IMG/VR virus record: IMGVR_UViG_3300042458_002038
Span: 9,721-73,720 of that record
Length of the DNA: 64,000 bases
Source of the DNA: a virus
Reading direction: 5' to 3' (one strand)
The notes beneath the pieces are model-generated. The model saw nothing but the letters and a program-made list of their open reading frames with translations, was not told the origin of the DNA and ran no database searches. Each line of letters starts with the position of its first letter. Position 1 is the stretch's first letter. The translations under genes and the position numbers were made by a program. Below, in pieces: positions 47,070 through 55,913 of this stretch.

Positions 47070-48590
47070 TTTTGCGCCTCTTCTTTTTAGTTCCTCTAAG
47101 ATGGTTTCCTTTTCCTTTTTCTTGCGAATCATTTCAGCTTTGATGCCTACACGACGATTGTATAGCTCCTCAATAATCTCTGGAAGGAATCCTTGCTTAT
47201 CACGACGGAAGCATGCGCCGTTTGCAGCAACCGCAAGATTCGGCTCAGGGCTGATGTGAGTCTTGTTGGTCAATACAACGTCAGGATTCATGCTTGGCAG
47301 ATGCATATGTCGCACGAGTGTTTCAGGACTCATGTTGTACTGAATAATGATGTTGGGGTAAAGACTGTTAAGGTCAAAACTCATAACCCAATCATACATG
47401 CCGGGAACCACTTCCTTGACAAATCCACCTGGGTAGCTAACCTTTTGACTTGGGCGACTTGGCGGCACTGCAATCTTTTTTAATGCAAGGCGACGGAAGA
47501 TGATGCTATCCCAAATGGCAACCGTACCTAGTGTATCGCTATAGTTGACACCACCAAAATATGCTAGCGTAAACACAAGGTTAATCAATCCCAGCTTGGC
47601 TTCAAAGCGTTCAATAAGTTCAACGTCAACAATGTTGTAGTCCACAAACTTTTGGAAGTCCCGCTCATACAGTTTGGCAAGCGTGCCTTCTTCGCCATAG
47701 TCCAACTTGTTTTGGCCAAGAACAACTTCAGCAATATGATCCAACTTGTAGCTTTCTTGTTTGCCATAAGTATTGAGTGTAAACTTTTGGAACAGATCCA
47801 TATAGTCAAGTTGCTGAATGCCAGCGATGTTATAGAGAGTATTCTCACGGCCTTTCACAGTAACCGTCTTTTGCTCAATCTTTCCCCATGGGCTCAGCTT
47901 GCTAGCTTCATCACTACCCAATACTCTACTGATACGATTCACAAGGTAAGGAACATCAAAGAGTGTGGTATTCCAACCGGTAACCACATCAGGCATATTA
48001 AGAGTATCACTCCACCAAGCGATAAAGTCCAGCAGCATTTCGGCTTCGGTTTCAAATTGACGATACTCCTTTTTAAGATGTGGAATGCTGCTGGCGCTAC
48101 TATCATAATCCTTTAGTCCCCACACAATGTATTGCTCAGCTCTGCTGCTCTTTAGTGCAATGGTCAATACGCTATGACGTGCCTCACTAGGCTCAGGGAA
48201 ACTTGTGGTTGTCACGCCTGGGATTACCCCATAAGCAGTCTCAATATCAATGTATGCAATGTCAATAAGGCGGCGATCATACTTAATTTCATTGGGAAAC
48301 TCTGCTTGAATGAAAGCAGGAATATGACGGTCATTTCCATAGATTTTAAAGTTGGGAACACCTTCATAGCTTTTTGCAAACTCACGGCACTCACTCATAC
48401 TATCAAATCTCATCGGCTCAAGTGGGAGACCTTCAAGGCTGCGCCACTTTGCAGCTTTATCCTTACTTTCCAGATACATTACTGGACGGAATTTGTAACT
48501 GTTGTAAACCTTTTTACCTTCGTCATCATAGCCGCGATAGCGCAGGCTGTTCATATGGCGGTCAATGCAAGTATAGAATCCGTTAATCAT
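47064..48590 (-). CDS. 43: family B DNA polymerase, N-terminal subunit (gp43A: exonuclease plus motif A)
   Basis: DIET, GWN..FD.PY, SYKLD, YNIVD, SFDLNSLYP. Confidence 0.93.
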   Translation of the reverse strand: MINGFYTCIDRHMNSLRYRGYDDEGKKVYNSYKFRPVMYLESKDKAAKWRSLEGLPLEPMRFDSMSECREFAKSYEGVPNFKIYGNDRHIPAFIQAEFPNEIKYDRRLIDIAYIDIETAYGVIPGVTTTSFPEPSEARHSVLTIALKSSRAEQYIVWGLKDYDSSASSIPHLKKEYRQFETEAEMLLDFIAWWSDTLNMPDVVTGWNTTLFDVPYLVNRISRVLGSDEASKLSPWGKIEQKTVTVKGRENTLYNIAGIQQLDYMDLFQKFTLNTYGKQESYKLDHIAEVVLGQNKLDYGEEGTLAKLYERDFQKFVDYNIVDVELIERFEAKLGLINLVFTLAYFGGVNYSDTLGTVAIWDSIIFRRLALKKIAVPPSRPSQKVSYPGGFVKEVVPGMYDWVMSFDLNSLYPNIIIQYNMSPETLVRHMHLPSMNPDVVLTNKTHISPEPNLAVAANGACFRRDKQGFLPEIIEELYNRRVGIKAEMIRKKKEKETILEELKRRGAKA

Positions 48591-48598
48591 TATATGTT

Positions 48599-48645
48599 AT
48601 TATAAACTAAATCGGCCCAGATGTAAACTACAAACTGGGCCGATT
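48599..48645 (-). promoter_or_regulatory. hairpin after hsp20 overlapping the polymerase promoter
   Basis: AATCGGCCCAG / CTGGGCCGATT with TTTACA in the loop and TATAAT 17 nt further. Confidence 0.65.
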
Positions 48646-48663
48646 GGGATTTATTTTATTGCT

Positions 48664-49065
48664 TTACTTGATAGCAATAGTACGTGGCTTTTTCTCGTCA
48701 GGAATGACTCGCTCAAGAGCGATGATTAGGATACCATTTACAAGTGACGCTTCACCAACTTTAACATATTCTGCTAAAGTAAAGCGGCGCGTAAACTTGC
48801 GTGTACTGATACCTTTGTGTGCATATTCCCGCTCATCTTCAACTGCATGCTCGCCGGTAATGACTAGCGAATTTTCAGCAGTCTCAATGGTAAGATCCTC
48901 AGCAGAGAATCCAGCAACCGCAAGTTCAACCAAGAACGAATCATCGTCAAGCTTGACCACATTATGCGGTGGGTATACATTTGTATTTTCCTTAAACGCG
49001 ACATCGAAGTCTGCAAAGACTCGATCAAACCCAATTCCCCAAGGGGACAGTGTATTTATTTTCAT
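48664..49065 (-). CDS. hsp20: small heat-shock protein (IbpA-like)
   Basis: YPPHN, ELAVAGF, HKGISTRKF.R.F.L, NGIL. Confidence 0.92.
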   Translation of the reverse strand: MKINTLSPWGIGFDRVFADFDVAFKENTNVYPPHNVVKLDDDSFLVELAVAGFSAEDLTIETAENSLVITGEHAVEDEREYAHKGISTRKFTRRFTLAEYVKVGEASLVNGILIIALERVIPDEKKPRTIAIK

Positions 49066-49076
49066 ATTTTTTTTAA

Positions 49077-49136
49077 CTCCTTATTAAGCAAGTTTTTTGG
49101 TTTATGTTGTAGATGAACCCGAAACGGCATTCATCT
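49077..49136 (-). promoter_or_regulatory. ROSE-like RNA thermometer in the hsp20 5' UTR
   Basis: CUUGCUU-AAU-AAGGAG anti-SD stem with bulged G, plus an upstream hairpin. Confidence 0.6.
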
Positions 49137-49159
49137 TTGTAGCCAACCTCGCCACAAAT

Positions 49160-50074
49160 CTATTTATTCTTATTAGATGAAAATTCTTTAAAAGAAAGCA
49201 ATTTTCTTGAACTAATAATCTCAAAGAAAGTCTTTGCGGTTTGACCATTTAGTTTATCATAACTAAAATGTACGCTGCTATAAATTGGGCGATAGTGTAG
49301 TGTGCGCTCTTTACAAGTGATAAGCAACTGACCAGTGGTAACCATATCGCCTTTGCCTGGGTCTCCCATACGAACTGGGTTCATAAATGGGTCATCATTA
49401 GGCTTTTGACTCATTGCCTCAAGAAAGTCAACGGGATTGTTAATCTCAACATCACGCAGGTAGTTGTTGATTATTTTCCATCTCTCTTCACTGCTTTGTC
49501 GTGATTGGATGATTTTTGGGTCCGTCGCATTTGCACTATATCCCAGCTGTGTAAGATCAATGCCGTGGTTAGTACGCACACAATGATTATCATCTTTGGT
49601 AATTTCCTTTAGGTTGTAAATGTATTTGCGTGGCTTCTTATCAGTACTATCTGACTTTTTAACCGTAAAACCACCTTCAAGAAGATAGCATTTGTCGCTA
49701 TTGAAAATAAAGGTTGCACCTGCAAGTTCCTTTTCAATAAGCATCTTTGCTGCGCTCTTAGGATCTTTACACAACAAGGAATTGCGAATAGCAAGACCGT
49801 CAGGCGATACCATTGCTTTCTTTTTGCCTTTCTTAGCTAATACTTTACCACCTTCTTTTTCGTCACTCTTGACACTAAAACTAGCACTGATAATCGCTAC
49901 GCCATATTCATTGATGCCTTCAGTCCAGCGTGTAGTCTGATCATCAATGTATAAGCGTTGAATGTTTTCTCTGTTGGAGTTAACAATTTCTATTTCGGTT
50001 TTATAGTTGCGGTCACGATTCTTAGCGCCAACCCAACCATAGTTCTTAATGTATTTAACGGCAATGCAGCACAT
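49160..50074 (-). CDS. Ntn-hydrolase-like protein (N-terminal Cys nucleophile)
   Basis: MCC start, KNRD, EGINEYG, RTNH; TATAAATA at 50092-50099. Confidence 0.65.
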   Translation of the reverse strand: MCCIAVKYIKNYGWVGAKNRDRNYKTEIEIVNSNRENIQRLYIDDQTTRWTEGINEYGVAIISASFSVKSDEKEGGKVLAKKGKKKAMVSPDGLAIRNSLLCKDPKSAAKMLIEKELAGATFIFNSDKCYLLEGGFTVKKSDSTDKKPRKYIYNLKEITKDDNHCVRTNHGIDLTQLGYSANATDPKIIQSRQSSEERWKIINNYLRDVEINNPVDFLEAMSQKPNDDPFMNPVRMGDPGKGDMVTTGQLLITCKERTLHYRPIYSSVHFSYDKLNGQTAKTFFEIISSRKLLSFKEFSSNKNK

Positions 50075-50141
50075 ATTTTTATGTTATACCATATTTATAT
50101 TACGGCCAATTTCTATAGCAGTAAGGATAAAATTAGTCTGA

Positions 50142-50570
50142 TCATTTCTTTTTGATGTTGCCAATACTATATTTTGAGCGAAGATCCCATTGACTTTTCA
50201 CAGCATGAGATATAATCTTAATCTGCTTAAGCGAAGTAATTTCTTTGATACTTTCGGCGTTATCCACTCGCACCAATCCCCAGTCGCTTAACAGTGTAAT
50301 GATGGTATTGCGGCGACAATAGTCATCGTGTGTAAAGTTTGACGGTTTACCATCAAGCATAAAGAGTTCTTTAAAGTGAACAATAAAGTAACGCCCTTGC
50401 TTGTGTAAAATATGACAGCTTTGGTATAGTACATTTAAATCTCTTTTGGAACTTACGCCAATACGACTTAAGGTTTCCTTTACCTTTAAGAAATCATCAG
50501 GCTCATTCAAATGAACTTCAACCATATCGGTAGGAGCCCATTCAATAACATTTTGTGAATTGTCATACAT
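50142..50570 (-). CDS. regA: translational repressor RegA
   Basis: DDFLKVKETLSRIG, LYQSCHILHKQGRYFIVHFKE. Confidence 0.95.
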   Translation of the reverse strand: MYDNSQNVIEWAPTDMVEVHLNEPDDFLKVKETLSRIGVSSKRDLNVLYQSCHILHKQGRYFIVHFKELFMLDGKPSNFTHDDYCRRNTIITLLSDWGLVRVDNAESIKEITSLKQIKIISHAVKSQWDLRSKYSIGNIKKK

Positions 50571-50591
50571 AGCAATAGTTTATTTATACCA

Positions 50592-51062
50592 TTACTTGCG
50601 TCCGCCGCGATCACGACTAGCACGAATAGCTGATAGTGCAGATTCGGACAAAAGCGGTAAAGCTTCACGCGCTTTCTCTGCACTATAACAATAATGATCC
50701 ATCAGCATCTGCACATCCGCACCATCATCCATCTTTTTACTCCATTTGCTAAAACGTTTCTTAGCGCGAACTGTATTCTTTAGAAAGTCATATTGCATCT
50801 TGACTGGCAATGATGAGTGTCGATTCATTTCATTAGCGAGCAGAACAGTATCATTAAAGTATGAGAGTCCACGATTTACCATGAAAGGTAAGTATGCACG
50901 ATCCGCGCTAGACGGGTCTGCCGCACCTTCACTATTATCAGCTCTACACGTGTCCAGTAAACTTTTGCCATTTGAGCCTTCGTTAATACTATTGAGAAAA
51001 TCAAAAAATGATAATTTCTTAGGAGCTGCGGGTGCGGCAGTTTCTTTTTTCTTGGCTGCCAT
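50592..51062 (-). CDS. 62: clamp loader small subunit gp62
   Basis: FDFLNSIN, YLPFMVNRGLS, ANEMN, KRFSKW. Confidence 0.88.
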   Translation of the reverse strand: MAAKKKETAAPAAPKKLSFFDFLNSINEGSNGKSLLDTCRADNSEGAADPSSADRAYLPFMVNRGLSYFNDTVLLANEMNRHSSLPVKMQYDFLKNTVRAKKRFSKWSKKMDDGADVQMLMDHYCYSAEKAREALPLLSESALSAIRASRDRGGRK

Positions 51063-51063
51063 A

Positions 51064-52008
51064 TTACTTGATCCATTCGACGTTGCTCATCAGTTCAGTC
51101 ATGCAGGCAACCATGTTAAGTTCTCTGTCGCTTACAAATGCAGCCTTGTAACTATAGTCTGCAAGAATAAGTACAGCACTTGGAATGCTGTTGGGTGATG
51201 CAGTATCATACAAGCTGTCATAAATCTTGCGGAACACAACGCTGCTATCAAGACTGCTATTATTCACAACCCAGCTGCGCATGCTTTTAAAATCCTTAGT
51301 GCGCAGGTGTGTTGTAAGTTCAGCGATGTTTTGATCGCTCATTCCTACAAGGATAGCCGTGGGAATCTCGCCGCCTGTACTATACCGCTGACACTCATTT
51401 AGCACTCGACGCCAGTCGGGAGCATAACGAATAATCAATTCAGCAATGGTTTTATCTTGAAAAGCAACACCTTCGGCTTTGAGAATAGCACTAAGCCGCT
51501 TCATGAAGTCACCAGCCAGACTGGCAAGTTGCTTCTTTGTGGTATTAAATTCAACCACACTGCATCGACTATGAAGCGGCTCAATGATTCTGTTTTTAAA
51601 ATTACACGTAAGAATAAATCGGCAATTGTTACTAAACTCCTCGATGAATCCACGAAGTGCAGGCATTGTACTTGTTGGATTAAGATAGTCAGCCTCATCG
51701 AGAATCACTACTTTATATCCACCAGTCAATGATACTGTACTTGCAAACTGTTTGATTTTATTGCGCAGCACATCAATGCCACTTTCCTCACTGCCGTTGA
51801 TCATGATGTAGTCAAGATCGAGCATGTTGCACAATGCTTTGGCAACAGTAGTCTTACCCAAGCCAGCAGTGCCAGCAAGAAGCAGGTTGGGCAGCTGTCC
51901 TCCCTTCACAATATCATTAAAGGTTTTCTTTAATTCAGCTGGAAGGATACATTCATCAATGTTTTGTGGGCGATATTTTTCGACCCATAAGAATTCAGAG
52001 TTGTTCAT
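51064..52008 (-). CDS. 44: clamp loader ATPase gp44
   Basis: WVEKYRP, GTAGLGKT, ILDEAD, SRC. Confidence 0.95.
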   Translation of the reverse strand: MNNSEFLWVEKYRPQNIDECILPAELKKTFNDIVKGGQLPNLLLAGTAGLGKTTVAKALCNMLDLDYIMINGSEESGIDVLRNKIKQFASTVSLTGGYKVVILDEADYLNPTSTMPALRGFIEEFSNNCRFILTCNFKNRIIEPLHSRCSVVEFNTTKKQLASLAGDFMKRLSAILKAEGVAFQDKTIAELIIRYAPDWRRVLNECQRYSTGGEIPTAILVGMSDQNIAELTTHLRTKDFKSMRSWVVNNSSLDSSVVFRKIYDSLYDTASPNSIPSAVLILADYSYKAAFVSDRELNMVACMTELMSNVEWIK

Positions 52009-52051
52009 AATATAGTTTAGTTCTTGTGTGTATTTTGGTTGCAACAGTATT

Positions 52052-52306
52052 TTATACTACTGTGATTGCTTTGTAAAGGTTTTTAATATCGCTAGTCTCA
52101 TTTTCAAAATCAGCAACATTCTTCTTATGGTATAGTCGCGCAACTTTACGAATTAGCGGTTTACCAATATCAAATGCTTCGGCAGCTGCACCGATGATTT
52201 CTTTAATCTGATCACGACTATCATCCATCTTGGACAATTCGATACCAATCTCTTTAATGACATTAAGCATGTCAAGCTTTTGTTGTTCGTCTTCAATGTC
52301 AATCAT
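52052..52306 (-). CDS. dsbA: T4 DsbA-like dsDNA-binding protein
   Basis: IKEI...IRKVARLYHK..F. Confidence 0.65.
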   Translation of the reverse strand: MIDIEDEQQKLDMLNVIKEIGIELSKMDDSRDQIKEIIGAAAEAFDIGKPLIRKVARLYHKKNVADFENETSDIKNLYKAITVV

Positions 52307-52321
52307 ATTTTGGTGTGTGTG

Positions 52322-52630
52322 TTATGGTTTTTGCTGTAAATAATAGTACGGTGTGTTGTCAATAGCTGGTGTGACAGCGGCTGGCGCTTGTGGAGTATCA
52401 GTAAAATACCCATACACACAAAAGCTAACCACTGCCCAAAAAGCAAGTGAATATAGAACAGTCATGACGGGACTGCTGGCGCGGCGTTTGGTTTGTGCAA
52501 CCATTGTCCACTGACCTCCTTTAGACGATGGATTCATATATTGCATCCAAAGAATAATTCGGCCGGGCAGTGTGAACAACTCAAAAAGGCAGCCGCCCTT
52601 TGCAGTCCCGTCAAGTCTGTCTTTATTCAT
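52322..52630 (-). CDS. membrane protein
   Basis: TM segment VMTVLYSLAFWAVVSFCVYG. Confidence 0.5.
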   Translation of the reverse strand: MNKDRLDGTAKGGCLFELFTLPGRIILWMQYMNPSSKGGQWTMVAQTKRRASSPVMTVLYSLAFWAVVSFCVYGYFTDTPQAPAAVTPAIDNTPYYYLQQKP

Positions 52631-52631
52631 A

Positions 52632-52925
52632 TTAGTCTTTGTTAGCGGCTGCAGCACCAAAATCAAAGTTCAATTGATTTTCTGGAATCTCTGCAACAGC
52701 ACCAGTATTGGTAGTTTCTGCGGCATTGGTTTCTTCAGGAGCAGACTCAGGCTCAGGAAGCAATGCTCTAAGCTTTTCAAATAGACCGCCAACGACGGTA
52801 AATTCGCTTGCTTCAAATGCACCACGGCGTGATACTGCACCAATGATATTGACAATAAGAGCAATATCTTCAAGTGTAATTTGCTGTGGGGCGACTTCGG
52901 TTTGTGTTTCGGTTTGTGTACTCAT
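52632..52925 (-). CDS. conserved small phage protein
   Basis: ITLEDI...II...RRGAF.ASE...VG.L. Confidence 0.55.
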   Translation of the reverse strand: MSTQTETQTEVAPQQITLEDIALIVNIIGAVSRRGAFEASEFTVVGGLFEKLRALLPEPESAPEETNAAETTNTGAVAEIPENQLNFDFGAAAANKD

Positions 52926-52948
52926 AGGTTGTGTTTGTTATGGGAGGT

Positions 52949-53623
52949 TTATGCGTTGTAGCTGCTTGTCTTTTCAAGAGCAATGTAGTAATTGATTGGC
53001 GCCGTGTTGTTGGTCCAATGACTGATCAGCTTGCTGCTAATCTTAACTTCATAATCGCCTGGGATTACTTTAAGATTAGCAATAAGGAATTGAAGATCAA
53101 AGTTGTTTTTATTGTCGTTAGAGTCATCAAGAACAACCGTAAAGCTATTGGCCGTACTGTTCTTTGGATCAACTACGCTAAGTGTAATAACTCCGGCTTC
53201 TCCACCAATGCTTACAATGGTATGACCAAGGACGCCTGCAGCTTTACGAATTTGACTAAGCAGGTCGCTATCAATATTTACAATCACATCTGCTGAAGGC
53301 ATAGTGATTTTACTTTTGGGCGTGGTCAAAATGCTTTGATCTGCAAAGCGATAACTTGCTTTGGTGCGGCCGCTCTTGAACACAACACTGTCTGCTGTGA
53401 AGTCAAGGTCAGGATCAGTCATCAATGAAAACATACTAATGAATTCATTAAGATCATAGATACCAAATGTGGTTTCAAACAGTTCAGTAATTTCAGCGCT
53501 TGCCATAATGTTTTTGGCTTCTGAAATGGTTGAGAGTGCTTCTCCGCTTTTGACAATCAGGTTACTGTTGATTGATGCGAAGTTTTTTAGAATCTCGAGG
53601 GTTTGTGTAGATAGTTTTGTCAT
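52949..53623 (-). CDS. 45: sliding clamp gp45
   Basis: LKNFASIN, FGIYDLNEF, NLKVIPGDY.V, YYIALE. Confidence 0.93.
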   Translation of the reverse strand: MTKLSTQTLEILKNFASINSNLIVKSGEALSTISEAKNIMASAEITELFETTFGIYDLNEFISMFSLMTDPDLDFTADSVVFKSGRTKASYRFADQSILTTPKSKITMPSADVIVNIDSDLLSQIRKAAGVLGHTIVSIGGEAGVITLSVVDPKNSTANSFTVVLDDSNDNKNNFDLQFLIANLKVIPGDYEVKISSKLISHWTNNTAPINYYIALEKTSSYNA

Positions 53624-53664
53624 ATAGTTAATTATATACGGTTGTGCTTAAAATGTAAATCTTT

Positions 53665-53988
53665 TTATTGTTTTTCTTTGCTGATGAAGTCCAATTCATA
53701 GTAGAATAGCATGCAGCAAACCGCGTGTGCGGCATGATGCAATCCGCTTTCACGATCATATGTTTCATCTTTCTTTAGTGCCCACATGTGTCGCTGTGCA
53801 GCTGCAAAGTAACGATTCTTTGCATCATGCAGAAGCTTCCAGTTGTCTACCGAATACTTAGCTGCACCAAAAGTAAGAACCTTGACAGCTTCTTCCAATG
53901 CATGCGGTGGAATCAAACCATAATCAGGCTTATCGCCATCATATTTGACACCAACTGGGCCGGGATTTGTGAAAGAGTGTGATATCAT
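53665..53988 (-). CDS. DUF5664 (dATP/dGTP diphosphohydrolase-like) protein
   Basis: KYDGDKP, GAAKY..DNW, RH, DRESGLHH.AHA. Confidence 0.8.
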   Translation of the reverse strand: MISHSFTNPGPVGVKYDGDKPDYGLIPPHALEEAVKVLTFGAAKYSVDNWKLLHDAKNRYFAAAQRHMWALKKDETYDRESGLHHAAHAVCCMLFYYELDFISKEKQ

Positions 53989-53999
53989 AAAAGAAGTAA

Positions 54000-54034
54000 A
54001 TGCAGGGGTATAGCGAAACACCATACCCCTGCAT
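54000..54034 (-). terminator. intrinsic terminator
   Basis: ATGCAGGGGTAT / ATACCCCTGCAT followed by a T-rich tail on the minus strand. Confidence 0.7.
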
Positions 54035-54042
54035 ATTAGCAA

Positions 54043-54297
54043 TTAGCCGTTCTTACGTGCGGTACCCAAGCGATAGCGCTTAACGAGTTCGCCAGTGCGA
54101 GTCTTACGTGGGTTGAGGTAAACTGGATAACCCAATTCGCGCAATTGATTGACAACGCGAGCAGGGTCAGCAATACCGGCAGCACGTGCGTCTGCAACGG
54201 TAAACTCATGACCTGCTTCAAGGACAGCATAGATAGCTTCCTTTTGGGTCATACGGGTTGCAATGCGGGCGAATTGTTGGATCTCTTTCTTAGTCAT
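54043..54297 (-). CDS. winged-HTH DNA-binding protein
   Basis: FTVADAR..GIA.P..VV..LR..GYPVYLN...YRLG. Confidence 0.7.
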   Translation of the reverse strand: MTKKEIQQFARIATRMTQKEAIYAVLEAGHEFTVADARAAGIADPARVVNQLRELGYPVYLNPRKTRTGELVKRYRLGTARKNG

Positions 54298-54366
54298 ATT
54301 TGTTTGTGTTTGTGTTTTGGTTTGGTCTAATGTTTACTTGGTTTAGCGTAAGACCATTGCTAAAAT

Positions 54367-55569
54367 TTAGAAAGGAACTTCTTCTTCAACGACAGGAGCC
54401 GCTGTGATTGGATCAGCTGGAGCAGTGATTTGATTGCTGTCAATCTTAGTGTAAAGATCGAGGAACGCTTCACGTGTTTCGTTTTCAAAGCGAGCAATGC
54501 AAAGACTGATGGCCTCAAGGCGGTTGCGGAAGATGCTGTATGCCTTGACAATGTGGCACAGACGGCGAGTACTGATAAGTTCGTCAACGCCTTCGTCAGC
54601 GTAGGTTTTGCGGATAACCGCACTCCAGCTTACAAGCTTGTCAACAAATTCTTCGTCTGCAACGTCAAGCGCTTCCATGTGTTTGGCAACAATGTTGCGC
54701 TCAATCTTGAATGCAGGATAAGGCTGATCAATGGTTGCCACGAAGCGCTCAATGAACGCTTCATCAATCACATTAGCAGCGCTATAGCGGCCGTCTTCAC
54801 TGCCGCGGCCTTTGGTATTGGCAGTGGCAATCACGTTGAAACCTGCGGCTGGGTGAATGATTTGGCCAATCTTTTTCACAAGAACAGGCTTGCCTTCAAG
54901 AACGCCTTGCAGGCACATAATCTTGTTGCTGCCGCGGTCAAGTTCGTCAATCATCAGAATGCAGCCTCGCTCCATTGCCTTGATAACTGGTCCTTTGTGG
55001 AAAACTGTTTCACCGTTAATCAAGCGGAAGCCGCCAATAAGATCGTCTTCGTCAGTCTCTGGGCTGATTTGCACGCGGATGTATTCCTTCTTAAGCTTGG
55101 CGCAGGCTTGTTCGACCATCATGGTTTTGCCGTTGCCGCTCATGCCACTGATGTATAGTGGGAAAAACATGCCGCTCTCAATCACCTTCTTGACAGTCTT
55201 ATATTCACCCCATTGCACAAAGGTATGGTCGACCGAAGGAATGTAAATGTCGTCATTGCTGATGCTGGTCAGCTTGGGCTGAGGCTTAGGCGTGGTCAGA
55301 TTGAACACTGGAGCAGCTGCAGCAGGAGCGGATGCCGCGGTGGGCTCACACATGGCATCGGTTGGTTTGGAGGCCAACACAGTAAGGTTATACAAGCCGC
55401 GCTTGACGGTACTCTTGTACTTATCGCACATCATATTGTCTTTGACTTGCTTGTAAGTCAGCCCCTGCTCGCGCCCAACTTTATACAGCTGGGCGCTGCT
55501 CACTTCCGTGATTGGGCTTGCGCCGAACAGCGCGTTGAGAGTGTTTTGGATCTTGCTTTGGGTATTCAT
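54367..55569 (-). CDS. cobS: CobS/MoxR-like AAA+ ATPase
   Basis: GMSGNGKT, ETDEDDLIGG, IDELD, ATANTKG, STRRL. Confidence 0.88.
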   Translation of the reverse strand: MNTQSKIQNTLNALFGASPITEVSSAQLYKVGREQGLTYKQVKDNMMCDKYKSTVKRGLYNLTVLASKPTDAMCEPTAASAPAAAAPVFNLTTPKPQPKLTSISNDDIYIPSVDHTFVQWGEYKTVKKVIESGMFFPLYISGMSGNGKTMMVEQACAKLKKEYIRVQISPETDEDDLIGGFRLINGETVFHKGPVIKAMERGCILMIDELDRGSNKIMCLQGVLEGKPVLVKKIGQIIHPAAGFNVIATANTKGRGSEDGRYSAANVIDEAFIERFVATIDQPYPAFKIERNIVAKHMEALDVADEEFVDKLVSWSAVIRKTYADEGVDELISTRRLCHIVKAYSIFRNRLEAISLCIARFENETREAFLDLYTKIDSNQITAPADPITAAPVVEEEVPF

Positions 55570-55645
55570 AATGTAGTGGTTGTCAATTGGTACGAGATTA
55601 TTATAAACTAAATTCTTGGACGTGTAAAGGATTAAATGCTATAGA

Positions 55646-55795
55646 TTATGCAAGAATCTTGGCCATGATGGCTTTGACTTGAGCTTTGGTCAGGACAATC
55701 TCCCGGCCATCGGCGAGCTGACCGATTGGCGTATTGCCGTCATAAAAGAGGGCTTGGACTTGAGATGCGACGTGCTGTGCTTTAATGTTTTTCAT
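55646..55795 (-). CDS. 49-aa early protein
   Basis: MKNIKAQHVASQVQALFYDG...KILA*, directly after the promoter cassette. Confidence 0.5.
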   Translation of the reverse strand: MKNIKAQHVASQVQALFYDGNTPIGQLADGREIVLTKAQVKAIMAKILA

Positions 55796-55804
55796 GCTTT
55801 GTGG

Positions 55805-55908
55805 TGGTTTGCCTTACGAGATTATTATACACTAGTTTTTGTGACTTGTAAAGGAAAAAATGAAGAATTTTTCAGTTTTTTTCTTGCCATTGATTGCCAA
55901 CAAGTTAC
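55805..55908 (-). promoter_or_regulatory. early promoter cassette copy 4
   Basis: box 55890-55908, TTTACA...TATAATAATCTCGTAAGGCAAACCAC. Confidence 0.75.
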
Positions 55909-55913
55909 AGGAA

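Noticed and set aside
53665-53988. DUF5664 as evidence for a Z-base or deazaguanine genome
   Set aside because: No purZ or queuosine-pathway/dpdA genes in the window, and the visible modification genes point to cytosine.
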